Shown one piece after another: positions 62,116-64,000 of a DNA stretch of 64,000 bases; position 1 is the first letter of the stretch, and each line of letters begins with the position of its first letter. Both the position numbers and the translations under genes were made by a program. Location of the stretch: assembly GCF_004010195.1 (NCBI RefSeq), contig NC_057752.1, positions 5,385,223 through 5,449,222 on the forward strand, in the 5' to 3' direction. Origin of the DNA: Chiloscyllium plagiosum. Lineage: Eukaryota. A model generated the notes under the pieces. The model saw only the letters and a list, made by a program, of their open reading frames with translations, was not told the origin of the DNA and made no database searches.

Positions 62116-63884
62116 GTACTTTAAACTCTTTAAAACTGAAGTAAGGTGATATCTCACGTGTTTACAAAGAATAAGTATTCTGGAATGTTATTTCTGGAGC
62201 AGCACTGACCTCTGAGCCTTGGAACTGTTTAAAAGGGCTTGAGGGTCTTATTGTTATGCTTTCGGTAAGTTCTACTGACCGAGACCATTCCTTTCATTGG
62301 CAGTTCCATCCCACCCAGAGTATAGCAGTTCAGCCTTCCCCAACCCATCTGTCATCAGTTCACAAAACATCTTCAAATTACTCAAGTTCTTCCAACAACA
62401 GATGTTTAAGCTGCTGTTTCTCTTCCATATATTTTCTAACTGTATGCCACATGCAGTTTGAAGAGCCACAACTAACAGCTCATGATAAAACATTGTTGAG
62501 GAAGGACCTTTGACAGTGACAATTCAGGATGAAGGTGAACAAAGGGAAGAAAATAAAGCACGGGGTTTGGAAGAGGTGGGCAATGGTACAAGCGAGAGCA
62601 ACAGTAGCAGGTGAGAAAAGAGGCAGGTTTAGAGGCCAAAAGGGTGGGAAAGCTGTGGTTTGGGGAAAGAAAGACTGGAGTGATACATCAGACTGAAAAA
62701 TATTTTGCTGCAGAGCTTCCAGGGGTTTCATTCAGCTAGTGGAGTGTTTCCAGCAGCAGCAGCCTCTTGTAGGATATGCAAGAGTTCTTCATGGTATTGT
62801 CTCCCCTCCTGAACTTCTGTCATCATTTAAAAGCATTTTTACAACCTATGCAACTGTTTTCTTTGTGGGCTGCTTGGAATGATTAATGCCCTGACTGAAT
62901 TAAAATGTCTTGCCTTGCCAAGATCTGGTTTAGTGTGTGTAGTTTACCAAGTGGCCCTGGTCAATTTTCAACATCCATTTTTCTGCATTGGTGCTCCAAC
63001 TTTCCGTTTCCTCAGTAAGTGCTCTCACAACCAGTTCTGTTCCAGCGTACATACCTCCAGACCTCCACACGTCAGCCTACTGGAATGGTTCCATTTCCCA
63101 ATTCAGGTCTTTGCTTGCTCTCCTAAACTATCTACTCCATTGTCCACTGTTTTCCTCACCCAGGTCACCCAGCTTCATTGTGGTTTCACAGAAGGAGGCA
63201 TTTTAGTCTGTTGTGTCTGTGTCATCTCCCTTCTTGAACTTTCCCATTCTTCAGACTCTCCCCTTTTGACTGCAATCATCATTTGTCATTCCTTGAATTG
63301 CCTCATGCCCCAGGACACTCGCACTTCCAGTCAGAATCACATAGATTCCAAGACTTCATTCTCTTGACCTTTAAATCCTTATTTCTTTGAAGGCTCAGTC
63401 ATTGTTATGCTTGCTATTAGACCACAGTTCACCTGTTCCCTTTCATTATCCATTCTCAGTATCTATATTCCTTCATACTGAAGTGCATGTCTGTCTACCC
63501 CCTTGCCTGCCCCTCTCCTCTGCATTCTCTCTCAACAACCCGTCATCCAGTACCTCTTCCACAACGTCTCTTCATCCCCAGTCCAAACTTCAAATGTTAC
63601 TTTGCATATTCCGACGTCCCCTGACCTTTTTCTATTTAAAAGGGAAAAAAGTGGTTTTAGTGGATGTCGAATATGTCTATTTAAAACAAATTCAGGACTT
63701 TGACAAGAAATTATTGATAGGACAGTCAAAAAGCAGCATGACATTTTTTAAAAATCAGTATAGTCAGTCACAGAGAGAAAGGGAAGGAAGGTGAAGGTAG
63801 TGCTAAGCAAAGAGAATGAAAGAACTGCATAGAGCAAATCCTTGACATACTATAGCAAGGTTTTATTGATTTGATTTCTGCGTA

Positions 63885-64000
63885 ACAAGAAAATTTGCTG
63901 ATTCAGTTTGTGGATGTACCTACTAGAGAAGGCGCAAAACTTGACCTACTCTTGAGAAATAAGGCAGGTGACTGAGTTGTCAGTGCGGGGAGCACTTTGG
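63885..64000 (+). mobile_element. CR1 ORF2 endonuclease-region fragment running off the window
   Basis: QENLLIQFVDVPTREGAKLDLLL.NK. Confidence 0.7.

Noticed and set aside
1..64000. CRISPR arrays, rRNA, operons or other prokaryotic systems
   Set aside because: No regularly spaced repeat-spacer array or rRNA-like sequence; the window is a eukaryotic intron-exon locus.

Overview
Vertebrate genomic DNA, most likely from a shark (inferred from CR1/HER1-type LINEs, V-SINE-like tRNA SINEs and Penelope-like elements). The window lies inside one + strand gene, KMT2D (MLL2/MLL4). I traced 14 consecutive coding exons (5672-62115) by hand. All have GT-AG boundaries and compatible phases, covering the region from EAFFGK through the HMG-box and two large P/S/Q-rich exons to QQVSLLAQRL. 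They correspond to roughly human exons 23-36 (numbering from memory). The start and end of the gene are outside the window. Introns carry decayed CR1, Rex1/Babar-like and L2-like LINEs, tRNA SINEs and Penelope-like elements. Main observations: (1) a frame-preserving 48-nt candidate cassette exon plus two weaker microexon candidates in the 7609-20175 intron; (2) a TSD-flanked Penelope palindrome with ~1.2-kb arms and a ~4-nt loop, later interrupted by a CR1; (3) a TSD-flanked, retrozyme-like insert with two hammerhead motifs 166 nt apart, and about ten dispersed decayed hammerhead-bearing remnants; (4) an isolated ~205-bp CpG-dense island. Repeat boundaries without TSDs are approximate, and no database searches were run.
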